64,000 bases of DNA from an uncultured Alphaproteobacteria bacterium (GTDB lineage: Bacteria; Pseudomonadota; Alphaproteobacteria; CAAGCB01; CAG-977): positions 162,410 through 226,409 of the forward strand of contig CAKQWA010000002.1 in the NCBI GenBank assembly GCA_934277945.1, read 5' to 3'. The number at the start of each line of letters is the position of its first letter. Position 1 is the first letter of the stretch. The notes under the pieces are model-generated. The model saw nothing but the letters and a program-made list of their open reading frames with translations. It did no database searches and was not told the origin of the DNA. The position numbers and the translations under genes are program-made. Shown in pieces: positions 1-8,130 of the stretch.

Positions 1-38
1 TTCGACAAGCGGCGATACTTTACATATAAAGAGTCTTT

Positions 39-1133
39 TTGATAGCAAAGGCGAAAAAAATGGCAAAAAGAAAAGAGAGCGATTTTCAGGCGGAAGCGAA
101 AAACTTTCTGAACGGTCTGTTTTTGAAACGTCCCGCCGTTCCTTTCAAACTGCAAGGCACGCGCGAAGAACAAAAGCGCATGACGATGATCATTGACGAG
201 GTTGCGAACAATTCCCCGTTTGCCAAAGAAATTTTGGAAAAAGCGGCGAACGCGGGCTACACCCTGTCCCTGACGCATCTGGGCAACGCCGTCGGTTCGA
301 CGAACGGCAACGCGAAAACCATCATGCTGCAAGAAAGCGCGTCGTCCGAAAAACTGATGTCAACGCTGATTCACGAATCGCGTCACGCGCAACAGTATGA
401 AAACGGCGTCGATTACGAATTCTTTTCCCTGAACGTCAAATCCGAAATCATGGTGCGGCGCGCCATGGAAGCGGATGCGTGCGCTTGCGCGGCGTTCGGC
501 GTGACGCAGATGAAAGAAAACGGCATGGGCGGCGCGTATTTCGCCTATTCCGACGAAAAACCCGACTTGTTCAAATCGCTGGAAGAAGGGCGCAAACAGG
601 GCGGCGACAAAGGGGCTTTGCGCGGCGCGTTCGACGCGTGGTACAAAGACACCAACCAGAAAGCCGCCTATGAAAACCTGTATCTGACCCAGCCGATGCG
701 CCGTGCCGAACAGGATTGGAATTTCATGTTCATGGATTTCTACAAAGACGTGAAATCCGAAGACGTCATCGACAAAATCTGCGCTTTCGGCGACACCCGC
801 TATTTCGACGGCAAGGACGCGCTGGAAGACAAGAAATATCTGGACATTTCCGAACGCACGAAAGAAATCGCGGACAAATTCTTCAAACTGCGCGAAGATA
901 TGCAGTTCATGAAACCCGACAAATCGTACGAGGAACTGCCGACGCGCCAAGCGTCCATGTCGGAATCGCTGACAATGGTGCTGAACGGCTTTGGCGAACT
1001 GGATATGTCGCAGGAAAGCAAAAAAGAAAAAATCATGGAAAACAAGGAACGCTTCATGAAAGCCCAAGCGCCGAAAAAGAACGTTTCCGCTCTGGCGCGC
1101 GCCGCCGCCATGAAAAAGCAAAACGCCCGATAA
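39..1133 (+). CDS. Hypothetical protein with an HExxH (HESRH...QQ) zincin-like motif; possible metalloprotease or effector-like protein
   Basis: 364-aa ORF with coding-like composition. It contains 'LIHESRHAQQYENG', i.e. an HExxH motif followed by Q/E as in zincin-like folds. No TM segment or signal peptide is obvious. It ends just before a bidirectional terminator. Confidence 0.5.
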   Translation: MIAKAKKMAKRKESDFQAEAKNFLNGLFLKRPAVPFKLQGTREEQKRMTMIIDEVANNSPFAKEILEKAANAGYTLSLTHLGNAVGSTNGNAKTIMLQESASSEKLMSTLIHESRHAQQYENGVDYEFFSLNVKSEIMVRRAMEADACACAAFGVTQMKENGMGGAYFAYSDEKPDLFKSLEEGRKQGGDKGALRGAFDAWYKDTNQKAAYENLYLTQPMRRAEQDWNFMFMDFYKDVKSEDVIDKICAFGDTRYFDGKDALEDKKYLDISERTKEIADKFFKLREDMQFMKPDKSYEELPTRQASMSESLTMVLNGFGELDMSQESKKEKIMENKERFMKAQAPKKNVSALARAAAMKKQNAR

Positions 1134-1149
1134 TTTCTCTGTCAGGCAA

Positions 1150-1180
1150 CAAAAAATCCCCGTGCAAACGGGGATTTTTC
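1150..1180. terminator. Bidirectional rho-independent terminator between convergent genes
   Basis: Sequence aaaaaATCCCCGtgcaaaCGGGGATttttc forms a GC-rich hairpin flanked by an A-tract on one side and a T-tract on the other. It lies between the convergent ORF 39..1133 (+) and yidE-like 1209..2861 (-). Confidence 0.6.
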
Positions 1181-1208
1181 ATATCCGGTTCAAACGCCGC
1201 GCAAACCG

Positions 1209-2861
1209 CTACATCAGCAAAAGCGCGAGCAACTGCGCCGAAATAATACGCAATCCCGTCACCAGCGGATACACCGTCGCGTATCCCAAAACGCCCGCGT
1301 CCGACGTCGACAGGCTGTTGATGAACGACAAGGCGGACAGGTTCGTAATCGAGCCCGACAGCGTGCCGCACATGGACAGGTAATTCATCTTCATCACGAC
1401 GCGCGCGTAAATGCCGGCGAGAATCAGCGGCACAATCGTGATAATCAGCCCGTAGCCGATCAGCCGCAAGCCTTCCCCGTCTTGAAGCGATTGGAAAAAC
1501 GCCCCGCCGGAAGCCAGTCCGACAACCGCCAAAAACATAATGATGCCGAAATCTTTCAGTGCGCCGACGGCAAGCGGGGGCATATAGAAAATCAGCCGCC
1601 CCAAAGAGCCGCGATACGACAAAAGCAGGGCGACGATCAGAGGACCGCCCGCCGTCCCCAAACGCAACGGCATCGACACCCCCGGAATGTGAATGGGAAT
1701 CATGCCCACGAAAATGCCCAGCGTCATGCCGACGAAAAACGGCACGAAACGCATCAGGTTCATCGCCGTCGAACTGTTGCCCAAAAAGCGCACCAACGGC
1801 AGCACGTTGACCGTTCTGCCGACCGCAATGACCGAATCGCCGAACGCCAGTTCCAAATCAGGCTGGGCGGGCAAAGACACGCCGTGACGAATCACGCGCG
1901 AAATCACCCATTGATGCCGCCCGTCGCCCATAATTTTTTTCAGCGGCAGACCGACGCGCGACGGACGCGTGACGCGAATGGTCGTCGATTGAATCTGATC
2001 CGCCGACTCGACCATCAAATCGTGTTCGGGATCCAGTTGGAACAGCAGGGACACGGTGGAAAAGTAGGTTTTCGGACCGAACAGCAAAAGCACGTCGCCG
2101 ACTTTCATTTTCGTTTGCGGATTCGGCACAAGGTATTCGTCGCCGCGTTTCATGCGCGACACGACGACCGCGTTGTTGACCATTTTCGTGAAATGCCCGA
2201 TTTCGATATTGTTGAAATTCGGGTTGTTGACAACGACGTTGAACGCCTCCATTTGCGGATTGTCCTGCGCTTTTTTAAATTCGTAGGACGTCACTTCGTC
2301 TTCGATTTTCACCCGCATGGCAAATTTCAAAAGAACGAAAACGAACAAAGCGCCGATAATCGTGAACGGATACGCCAGCGCGTAAGCCAGACTCGTCTGC
2401 GCCAAAGCCTCGACGCCGAAGCCCAGTTCCGTCAGCACCTGCTGACCCGACGCCAAAGACGGCGTGTTTGTCACCGCGCCGGAAACCAGACCCAGTAAAA
2501 TCGGCAGTTTAATGTCGGCGCACTTGAAAATGACAACGGCGGTCAGCGTGCCCGCCGCAACAACCAAAAAAGCCAGCCCGTTCATCGCCCAGCCGTTTTT
2601 CTTGAACGACGCAAACACGTTGGGACCGATTTGAAGCCCCATGGAATAAATGAACAGAATCAAGCCGTATTCACGGATGAACGCCAGCACTTCGGGATTC
2701 AGCAAAATCTGCGATTTATCCAAAAAATGACCGACAATCAGCCCCGCGAACAAAACGCCGCCGACGCCCAGACCGATGCCCTTGAACTTTAAATTCCCCA
2801 AGAGAAACCCCGTAAAAGACGTCACGGTCAGGCATAAAATGGTAATAACGGTCTGCGACAT
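1209..2861 (-). CDS. YidE/YbjL-family putative transporter (duplicated AspT/YidE permease domains with central TrkA-C/RCK_C domains)
   Basis: 550 aa. The N-terminus 'TVITILCLTVTSFTGFLLGNLKFKGIGLGVGGVLFAGLIVGHF' and a repeated hydrophobic half are typical of the YidE/YbjL family. The middle soluble region resembles RCK_C domains. Confidence 0.7.
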   Translation of the reverse strand: MSQTVITILCLTVTSFTGFLLGNLKFKGIGLGVGGVLFAGLIVGHFLDKSQILLNPEVLAFIREYGLILFIYSMGLQIGPNVFASFKKNGWAMNGLAFLVVAAGTLTAVVIFKCADIKLPILLGLVSGAVTNTPSLASGQQVLTELGFGVEALAQTSLAYALAYPFTIIGALFVFVLLKFAMRVKIEDEVTSYEFKKAQDNPQMEAFNVVVNNPNFNNIEIGHFTKMVNNAVVVSRMKRGDEYLVPNPQTKMKVGDVLLLFGPKTYFSTVSLLFQLDPEHDLMVESADQIQSTTIRVTRPSRVGLPLKKIMGDGRHQWVISRVIRHGVSLPAQPDLELAFGDSVIAVGRTVNVLPLVRFLGNSSTAMNLMRFVPFFVGMTLGIFVGMIPIHIPGVSMPLRLGTAGGPLIVALLLSYRGSLGRLIFYMPPLAVGALKDFGIIMFLAVVGLASGGAFFQSLQDGEGLRLIGYGLIITIVPLILAGIYARVVMKMNYLSMCGTLSGSITNLSALSFINSLSTSDAGVLGYATVYPLVTGLRIISAQLLALLLM

Positions 2862-2878
2862 GATTTTACTCCATCAAG

Positions 2879-3577
2879 TCAAAAACGGGAACGGCGGACG
2901 ATAAATTCGTCAAACAGCGTTTTAATCCCGTTCAGGTACTCTTTGTCAAAGTATTTTTGAATTTCCCGCGCGTCCGGAGAATCTTTTTCTTCGGGGAATG
3001 AATGATATTCCTGCACGGCGTAGGTTTTCACGCCCATGCCGGACAATTCGCGCGCCAAAACGGGCAGTTCGTCAACGGCGATCGTGCGCGGATCGAGCGT
3101 CGTGCGCACCTCGAACGGCACGCCCGACTCGATGACGGCTTGCAGGGAATCGCGCACCGTTTCCCCGTTTGAAAGCGGGATTCTCTGCGCATATTTGTCG
3201 AACGGCGCTTTGATGTCGAATCCGACCCAGTCGATTTGCGGCAGGACGGCGCGCAAACGCGGCGCGAACATTCCCGACGTGTGCAGTCCCGCCAGAAAGC
3301 CCATTTCCTTGACGGCGCGCACCGCGTCTTTAAGATTTTTCTGCATCAGCGGCTCGCCGCCCGAAAAAACGACGGCGTCCAGCAGACCTCTGCGCGTTTG
3401 TAAAAATTCGACCGCCGTTTCCCAAGGCACAGCGGTCTTTGTCTTTTGCGGCGGCTGTAATTCGGGATTGTGGCAGTACGGGCATTGCCACGCGCATCCC
3501 TGACAAAAGAAAACGGCGGCCAACTTCCCCGGATAGTCTATCGTGGTGAAAGTTTGAATACCGCCGATTGTAATCAT
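2879..3577 (-). CDS. nrdG: Anaerobic ribonucleoside-triphosphate reductase activating protein (radical SAM)
   Basis: 232 aa with 'CQGCAWQCPYCHN', a CxxxCxxC radical-SAM cluster motif in an NrdG-like context. It lies immediately downstream of nrdD on the same strand. Confidence 0.8.
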   Translation of the reverse strand: MITIGGIQTFTTIDYPGKLAAVFFCQGCAWQCPYCHNPELQPPQKTKTAVPWETAVEFLQTRRGLLDAVVFSGGEPLMQKNLKDAVRAVKEMGFLAGLHTSGMFAPRLRAVLPQIDWVGFDIKAPFDKYAQRIPLSNGETVRDSLQAVIESGVPFEVRTTLDPRTIAVDELPVLARELSGMGVKTYAVQEYHSFPEEKDSPDAREIQKYFDKEYLNGIKTLFDEFIVRRSRF

Positions 3578-3608
3578 GGCACATGCCTTTTAAAACAAAG
3601 TGAGCGCC

Positions 3609-3794
3609 TTATTCCGCCGCCATCGCGCAACGCGTTTGCAAAGCCTTAACTTCGCTGAAACATTTTCTTTCCGCGTATTCGGATTTTTTGCCGATGTTGA
3701 ATTCGGAAACGGGACGGAAATATCCCATTACGCGCGTCCAGACTTCGCAAGGTTGGCGTTCTTCGTCGGAAATGGTGATGTTGTCTACTGTCAT
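3609..3794 (-). CDS. Small stand-alone glycyl-radical domain protein (class III RNR C-terminal 'RVxGYxRPV...NxGKxxE' motif)
   Basis: 61-aa ORF 'MTVDNITISDEERQPCEVWTRVMGYFRPVSEFNIGKKSEYAERK'. It matches the class III RNR glycyl-radical C-terminus, a motif that the upstream 682-aa NrdD ORF lacks. It has its own ATG, 54 nt downstream of the nrdD stop, with an upstream purine-rich stretch 'aaagagatagaacc'. Confidence 0.55.
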   Translation of the reverse strand: MTVDNITISDEERQPCEVWTRVMGYFRPVSEFNIGKKSEYAERKCFSEVKALQTRCAMAAE

Positions 3795-3847
3795 GGTTCT
3801 ATCTCTTTGCTAGGGTTAACAATCTTCAATCCTCGGCGCGTCCCGCA

Positions 3848-5896
3848 TCAGCAGGCACACGCCTGTTCCTTCTTCACGGCGATCAGTTCTTCGTCGCAGT
3901 ACGGGCAGAATTTGTGTTCGCCTGAAATGTACCCGTGCTTCGGACAAATTGAGAACGTCGGCGTCACCGTTACATATGGTATACGATAATTCTCTAAAAT
4001 TTTCTTAAGAAGATTGCGGCAAACGTCGGCGCTGGAAATTCTTTCGCCCATGTACAAGTGCATGACCGTGCCGCCCGTGTACTTCGATTGCAGGGATTCC
4101 TGCAAATTCAGCGCGGTGAACGGGTCGTCCGTGAAGCCGACCGGCAACTGCGACGAGTTCGTGTAGTACGGCGCTTCTTTCGTGCCCGCCTGAATAATGT
4201 CGGGATAGCGTTTCTGGTCTTCTTTCGCCAGACGGTAGGTCGTGCCTTCCGCGGGCGTGGCTTCCAGATTGTACATATGCCCTGTTTCCTGCTGGAATTC
4301 GACCATTTTGTTGCGGATGTACTCCAAGAAGCGATTCGCCATCGCCTGACCGTAATCGTCGGTGATGTCGTGTTCGTCGTTCGTGAAGTTGCGGATCATT
4401 TCGTTAATGCCGTTCACGCCGATCGTCGAAAAATGGTTGCGCAACGTGCCGAGGTAGCGTTTCGTGAACGGGAACAAGCCGCCGTCGATGTGGCGCTGAA
4501 TGACTTTGCGCTTGATTTCAAGCGTCGTGCGCGCCAAATCCATCAATTCGTCCAAACGGTTCATCATGCCGGCTTCGTCGCCTTTGAACAGATAGCCCAA
4601 ACGCGCGCAGTTCAGCGTCACAACGCCGATGGATCCCGTCTGCTCCGCCGAACCGAACAGCCCGTTGCCGCGCGCCAGCAGTTCGCGCAAATCCAACTGC
4701 AAACGACAGCACATGGAGCGCACCTGACCGGGTTTCAGGCTGGAATTGATGAAGTTCTGGAAGTACGGCAGACCGTATTTCGCGGTCATTTCAAACAGCA
4801 GGTTCGCGTTTTCGCTTTCCCACGGGAAATCGGGCGTGATGTTGTACGTCGGAATCGGGAACGTGAACAGGCGTCCTTTCGCGTCGCCCGCCGTCATGAC
4901 TTCGATATACGCCTTGTTGATCATGTCCATTTCGACCTGCAAATCGCCGTAGGTGAACGGCATTTCCTCGCCGCCGATGACGGGCACCTGTTCGCGCAAA
5001 TCTTCGGGGCAGACCCAGTCGAACGTCAGGTTCGTGAACGGCGTCTGCGTGCCCCAGCGCGACGGAACGTTCAGGTTGTAGATGAATTCCTGAAAATGCT
5101 GTTTGACTTTTTCATACGGCAGATTGTCCTTGCGGATGAACGGCGCCAGATAGGTGTCGCACGACGAGAAAGCCTGCGCGCCCGCCCATTCGTTCTGCAA
5201 AGTGCCGAGGAAGTTGACCATTTGACCCAAAGCGGAACTCAAATGTTTGGGGATGCCCGATTCGACCTTGCCCGGAACGCCGTTCAAGCCTTCTTGCAGC
5301 AGGTTGCGCAAGGACCACCCCGCGCAGTAGCCCGACAGCATATCCAGATCGTGAATGTGGAAATCGCCGCGGCGATGCGCTTCGCCCGCCGCCGTCGGAT
5401 AAACGTGGCTCAACCAGTAGTTCGCGACGATTTTGCCGGACACGTTCAGAATCAAACCGCCCAGAGAATAGCCCTGATTGGCGTTCGCGTTGACGCGCCA
5501 GTCGGCTTTTTCCAGATATTCGTTGACGGAGGACGCGACGTCGACCAGCGTTTTGTGATCCTGACGCAGTTTGCCGCGCTGTTCGCGGTACACGATGTAC
5601 GCGCGCGCCGTCTTGTAATAGTTGGCGGAAATCAGCACCTGCTCGACGATATCCTGAATCTGTTCGATTTCGGGCATTTTCGTCGCGGAAAAACGGTGTT
5701 TCAGCACTTTCAGCACCTGCGTGGTCAGCAGGGAAGCCTCGTCTTCGTCGAATTCTCCGGTCGCTTCACCGGCGCGGCGAATCGCGGAAAGAATTTTGTC
5801 CGAATCGAAAACGACTTGCGTGCCGTCGCGTTTGACGATGCGGGACAAATCCCCGTCCTGTTGAACTTCCTGCGTTTGCGCGGCGTTTTCCGACAT
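3848..5896 (-). CDS. nrdD: Anaerobic ribonucleoside-triphosphate reductase, class III, large subunit; ends after the Zn-ribbon without a glycyl-radical motif
   Basis: 682 aa with an ATP-cone-like N-terminus ('VKRDGTQVVFDSDKILSAIRRAG'), a class III RNR core, and a C-terminal Cys cluster 'CPKHGYISGEHKFCPYC...ACAC'. It ends before any RVxGY glycyl-radical motif. Confidence 0.85.
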   Translation of the reverse strand: MSENAAQTQEVQQDGDLSRIVKRDGTQVVFDSDKILSAIRRAGEATGEFDEDEASLLTTQVLKVLKHRFSATKMPEIEQIQDIVEQVLISANYYKTARAYIVYREQRGKLRQDHKTLVDVASSVNEYLEKADWRVNANANQGYSLGGLILNVSGKIVANYWLSHVYPTAAGEAHRRGDFHIHDLDMLSGYCAGWSLRNLLQEGLNGVPGKVESGIPKHLSSALGQMVNFLGTLQNEWAGAQAFSSCDTYLAPFIRKDNLPYEKVKQHFQEFIYNLNVPSRWGTQTPFTNLTFDWVCPEDLREQVPVIGGEEMPFTYGDLQVEMDMINKAYIEVMTAGDAKGRLFTFPIPTYNITPDFPWESENANLLFEMTAKYGLPYFQNFINSSLKPGQVRSMCCRLQLDLRELLARGNGLFGSAEQTGSIGVVTLNCARLGYLFKGDEAGMMNRLDELMDLARTTLEIKRKVIQRHIDGGLFPFTKRYLGTLRNHFSTIGVNGINEMIRNFTNDEHDITDDYGQAMANRFLEYIRNKMVEFQQETGHMYNLEATPAEGTTYRLAKEDQKRYPDIIQAGTKEAPYYTNSSQLPVGFTDDPFTALNLQESLQSKYTGGTVMHLYMGERISSADVCRNLLKKILENYRIPYVTVTPTFSICPKHGYISGEHKFCPYCDEELIAVKKEQACAC

Positions 5897-6123
5897 ACCG
5901 AATCTCCTTAAAAAACTGTTTTCAATTTTTGTAAAAAAAACGCACTAAACTAACGTTTGTGTGTTTCATGCCCTTCGGATAACAATATCTAGTAAGGACA
6001 AAACGTCAAGAAAAAATGTGCGTTAAAAATTTTTTCTTTATAACCTACTGTAAACGAAAGTGAATTTTATACTGCACGCCTGTATAAATACCCTGCTCCG
6101 CCGACACGCGCCCGAACGCCGCG
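5897..6123 (-). promoter_or_regulatory. AT-rich nrdD upstream region with an imperfect inverted repeat (CACtAAACtaacGTTTgtGTG) as a candidate operator
   Basis: A 227-bp AT-rich non-coding region lies 5' of nrdD. An inverted repeat at about 5942..5963 sits some 45-65 bp upstream of the start. Promoter hexamers were not confidently assigned. Confidence 0.3.
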
Positions 6124-7134
6124 TCACTTCAATTCGTCGGGGAGCGGCGCGGGAATTTTGCCCGCTTTCCACTCTTTTCTGTGCGCGTAAAGCCATTTTT
6201 CGCCGGCTTTGGAATCGGGCCAGCGTTTGTGCAGCCACAGCCACTGCGCCGGATCGTCCCTGATCCAGCGTTCAAAAATCTGATTCATTCGGCACAGTGC
6301 GTTGTAGATATCCGCCTGCTTGTCGCCGGTGCTTTCAAAGTAAATCAGCGGTTCGCACGTCAGACGGTAGCGCGCGCCTTTCAGCCGCTGAATCCGCACG
6401 GGCATAACGGGGATGCCGTATTTCAGCGCCAGATGCGCCAGCGCGGGAGTCGTCATGGCGTTGCGGTTGAAAAACGGCACGGAATCGCCTTTGTTCATCT
6501 TCTGGTCGATAATCAGCCCCAAATGCTCTTTCTTTTTGATTTTTTCGACCATGATGCGCATACTCGCCAGACTTTTGGGAATCAGTTCGCCCTTGCTTTT
6601 GGAGCGGAAGTAGCGAAACAGCCATTCGGCAAGCGGATTGTTCGCGTAGCGGTACACGCGATGCACGGGAATGTCCAGCATATTGATGATGACGCTTGAC
6701 GTTTCCCAGTTGCCGAAATGCCCCGAAAACAAAATGCCCGCCTTGCCGTCGTTTTTCATTTCCAAAGCGTGTTCCATGCCGATCACTTCGGTCAGATGCT
6801 GTTTTTTCGTCACGATGTCGCGCAAATGCGGATATTCCAAAAACGTGCGCCCAACGTTGTCCCACATATCCGCGACGATTCGGTCAATTTCCTGCGGCGA
6901 TTTTTCGGGATACACGCGCATTAAATTGTAGCGCGCCGCCCACGATTCGCGCACGCGCGGTCCGATGTGCCGCCCCAAAAATCCGCCGATTGCGGACGCG
7001 GCGTTCAGCGGCAGCAAACGGAAAAGCGCGCAGAACGGTATCAGCAAAACCAGTTGCAACGGATACGAAACGCAGATTTTAAACCACGATTTCGGCGAAC
7101 GTTCGATTTTAACGGCGGCTTCGGTTGAGGACAT
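6124..7134 (-). CDS. Lipid A biosynthesis lauroyl/myristoyl acyltransferase (LpxL/HtrB/MsbB family)
   Basis: 336 aa with an N-terminal membrane anchor and an LpxL-family core. It is the last gene of the waaA-lpxK operon, 12 bp after lpxK. Confidence 0.7.
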   Translation of the reverse strand: MSSTEAAVKIERSPKSWFKICVSYPLQLVLLIPFCALFRLLPLNAASAIGGFLGRHIGPRVRESWAARYNLMRVYPEKSPQEIDRIVADMWDNVGRTFLEYPHLRDIVTKKQHLTEVIGMEHALEMKNDGKAGILFSGHFGNWETSSVIINMLDIPVHRVYRYANNPLAEWLFRYFRSKSKGELIPKSLASMRIMVEKIKKKEHLGLIIDQKMNKGDSVPFFNRNAMTTPALAHLALKYGIPVMPVRIQRLKGARYRLTCEPLIYFESTGDKQADIYNALCRMNQIFERWIRDDPAQWLWLHKRWPDSKAGEKWLYAHRKEWKAGKIPAPLPDELK

Positions 7135-7146
7135 CGCGCTTCCTTT

Positions 7147-8130
7147 CTAGCAAAAACGGCGCAGCGCCGCCATCAGCGCGTCCGTCGTGTCCCAAACCAT
7201 ATACGCGGGAATTTCGCGCACGCGGTCGCGGAAAGCGGCGGGAACGCGGACGTAATCTTTCGAGGTCGTCAGCAATACGGCGTCCAGACGGGAGGCTTCC
7301 TCGACCAAGCGGTACAAATCCGCGTCCGTATAGGCGTAATGATCCGGAAACGCTTTCGTCGCGACAAGATTCACGCCGTACTCTTTGAGCATATCAAAGA
7401 ATTTTTCCGGCAGACCGATGCCCGCGAACGCCAACGCCCGCGCCCCGTCCAAAGACGAAACGACGGCGGCGTCCTGCTCGACGTGCGTGGCGAAAAACGG
7501 CAATTCCGGAAAATCGCGTTCGATCCGTTCGCGCAAAGCCGTCCTGTCCCTGCCGACGATTAAAAAAGCGTCCGCGCGCGCCAAGCCGTCTTTCATCGGC
7601 TCGCGCAAAGGACCTGCGGGGAAAACGCATCCGTTGCCGCGCCCCAGCCGCCCGTCGAACACGACGACGGAAAAATCTTTGCGCAGATGCGGGTTTTGAA
7701 ATCCGTCGTCCATGATAATCAAATCCGCGCCCAACCGTTCGGCGTATTTCGCCCCGCGCTTGCGGTCGGAATCGACGATTGTCGGCGCGACGCGCGCCAA
7801 AAGCAAGGCTTCGTCGCCGACGTCCTTGGCGGTGTGCTTGTCCAAATCGACCAAAACGCCGGTCAGACCGCCGCCGTACCCTCTGGTCAGGAAGACGGGC
7901 TTTTTGCCGTTGATTTTGTAAAATTCGGCAAAAGAAACCGCCAGCGGCGTTTTGCCCACACCCCCCATCATCAAATTGCCGATGCAAATCACGGGGATTT
8001 TCGCTTCATACGGCTTGGCTTTTTGACGGCGCACCCTGCCCGCGAAAGCGTACAAAGCCGCCAGCGGCGACAATATCTTTGAAACGGCGCCGCGTTTTTT
8101 GTTCCAGAACGACGGAGATGAAAACGGCAT
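7147..8130 (-). CDS. lpxK: Tetraacyldisaccharide 4'-kinase
   Basis: 327 aa with the P-loop 'CIGNLMMGGVGKTP' typical of LpxK. Its start overlaps the waaA stop as TAATG, a 1-nt overlap. Confidence 0.8.
   Translation of the reverse strand: MPFSSPSFWNKKRGAVSKILSPLAALYAFAGRVRRQKAKPYEAKIPVICIGNLMMGGVGKTPLAVSFAEFYKINGKKPVFLTRGYGGGLTGVLVDLDKHTAKDVGDEALLLARVAPTIVDSDRKRGAKYAERLGADLIIMDDGFQNPHLRKDFSVVVFDGRLGRGNGCVFPAGPLREPMKDGLARADAFLIVGRDRTALRERIERDFPELPFFATHVEQDAAVVSSLDGARALAFAGIGLPEKFFDMLKEYGVNLVATKAFPDHYAYTDADLYRLVEEASRLDAVLLTTSKDYVRVPAAFRDRVREIPAYMVWDTTDALMAALRRFC

Noticed and set aside
3795-3850. Alternative reading in which the 61-aa glycyl-radical ORF is just the C-terminus of nrdD separated by a sequencing error
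   Set aside because: This is not fully rejected. It is kept as a finding because the small ORF has its own in-frame ATG and an upstream purine-rich stretch, and the nrdD stop is clean. Only read-level data or comparative evidence can decide.
3600-3989. 129-aa plus-strand ORF overlapping the small glycyl-radical ORF and the nrdD 3' end
   Set aside because: It is antisense to two ORFs with clear homology-type motifs, has no motif of its own, and has an odd composition.
4058-5911. 617-aa ORF on the plus strand, antisense to nrdD. Similar long antisense ORFs: 10266..11960 (564 aa, vs motAB), 17005..19635 (876 aa) and 20833..22506, 22885..24255 (vs virB10), 50493..52724 and 52824..54581 (vs rpoC), 55892..58117 (vs rpoB), 62220..63542 (vs tuf), 8079..8987, 1482..2498
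   Set aside because: All are Arg/Ala/Gly/Val-rich with no motifs, and they lie exactly opposite strongly supported genes. High GC suppresses stop codons on the antisense strand, so these are typical GC artefacts.
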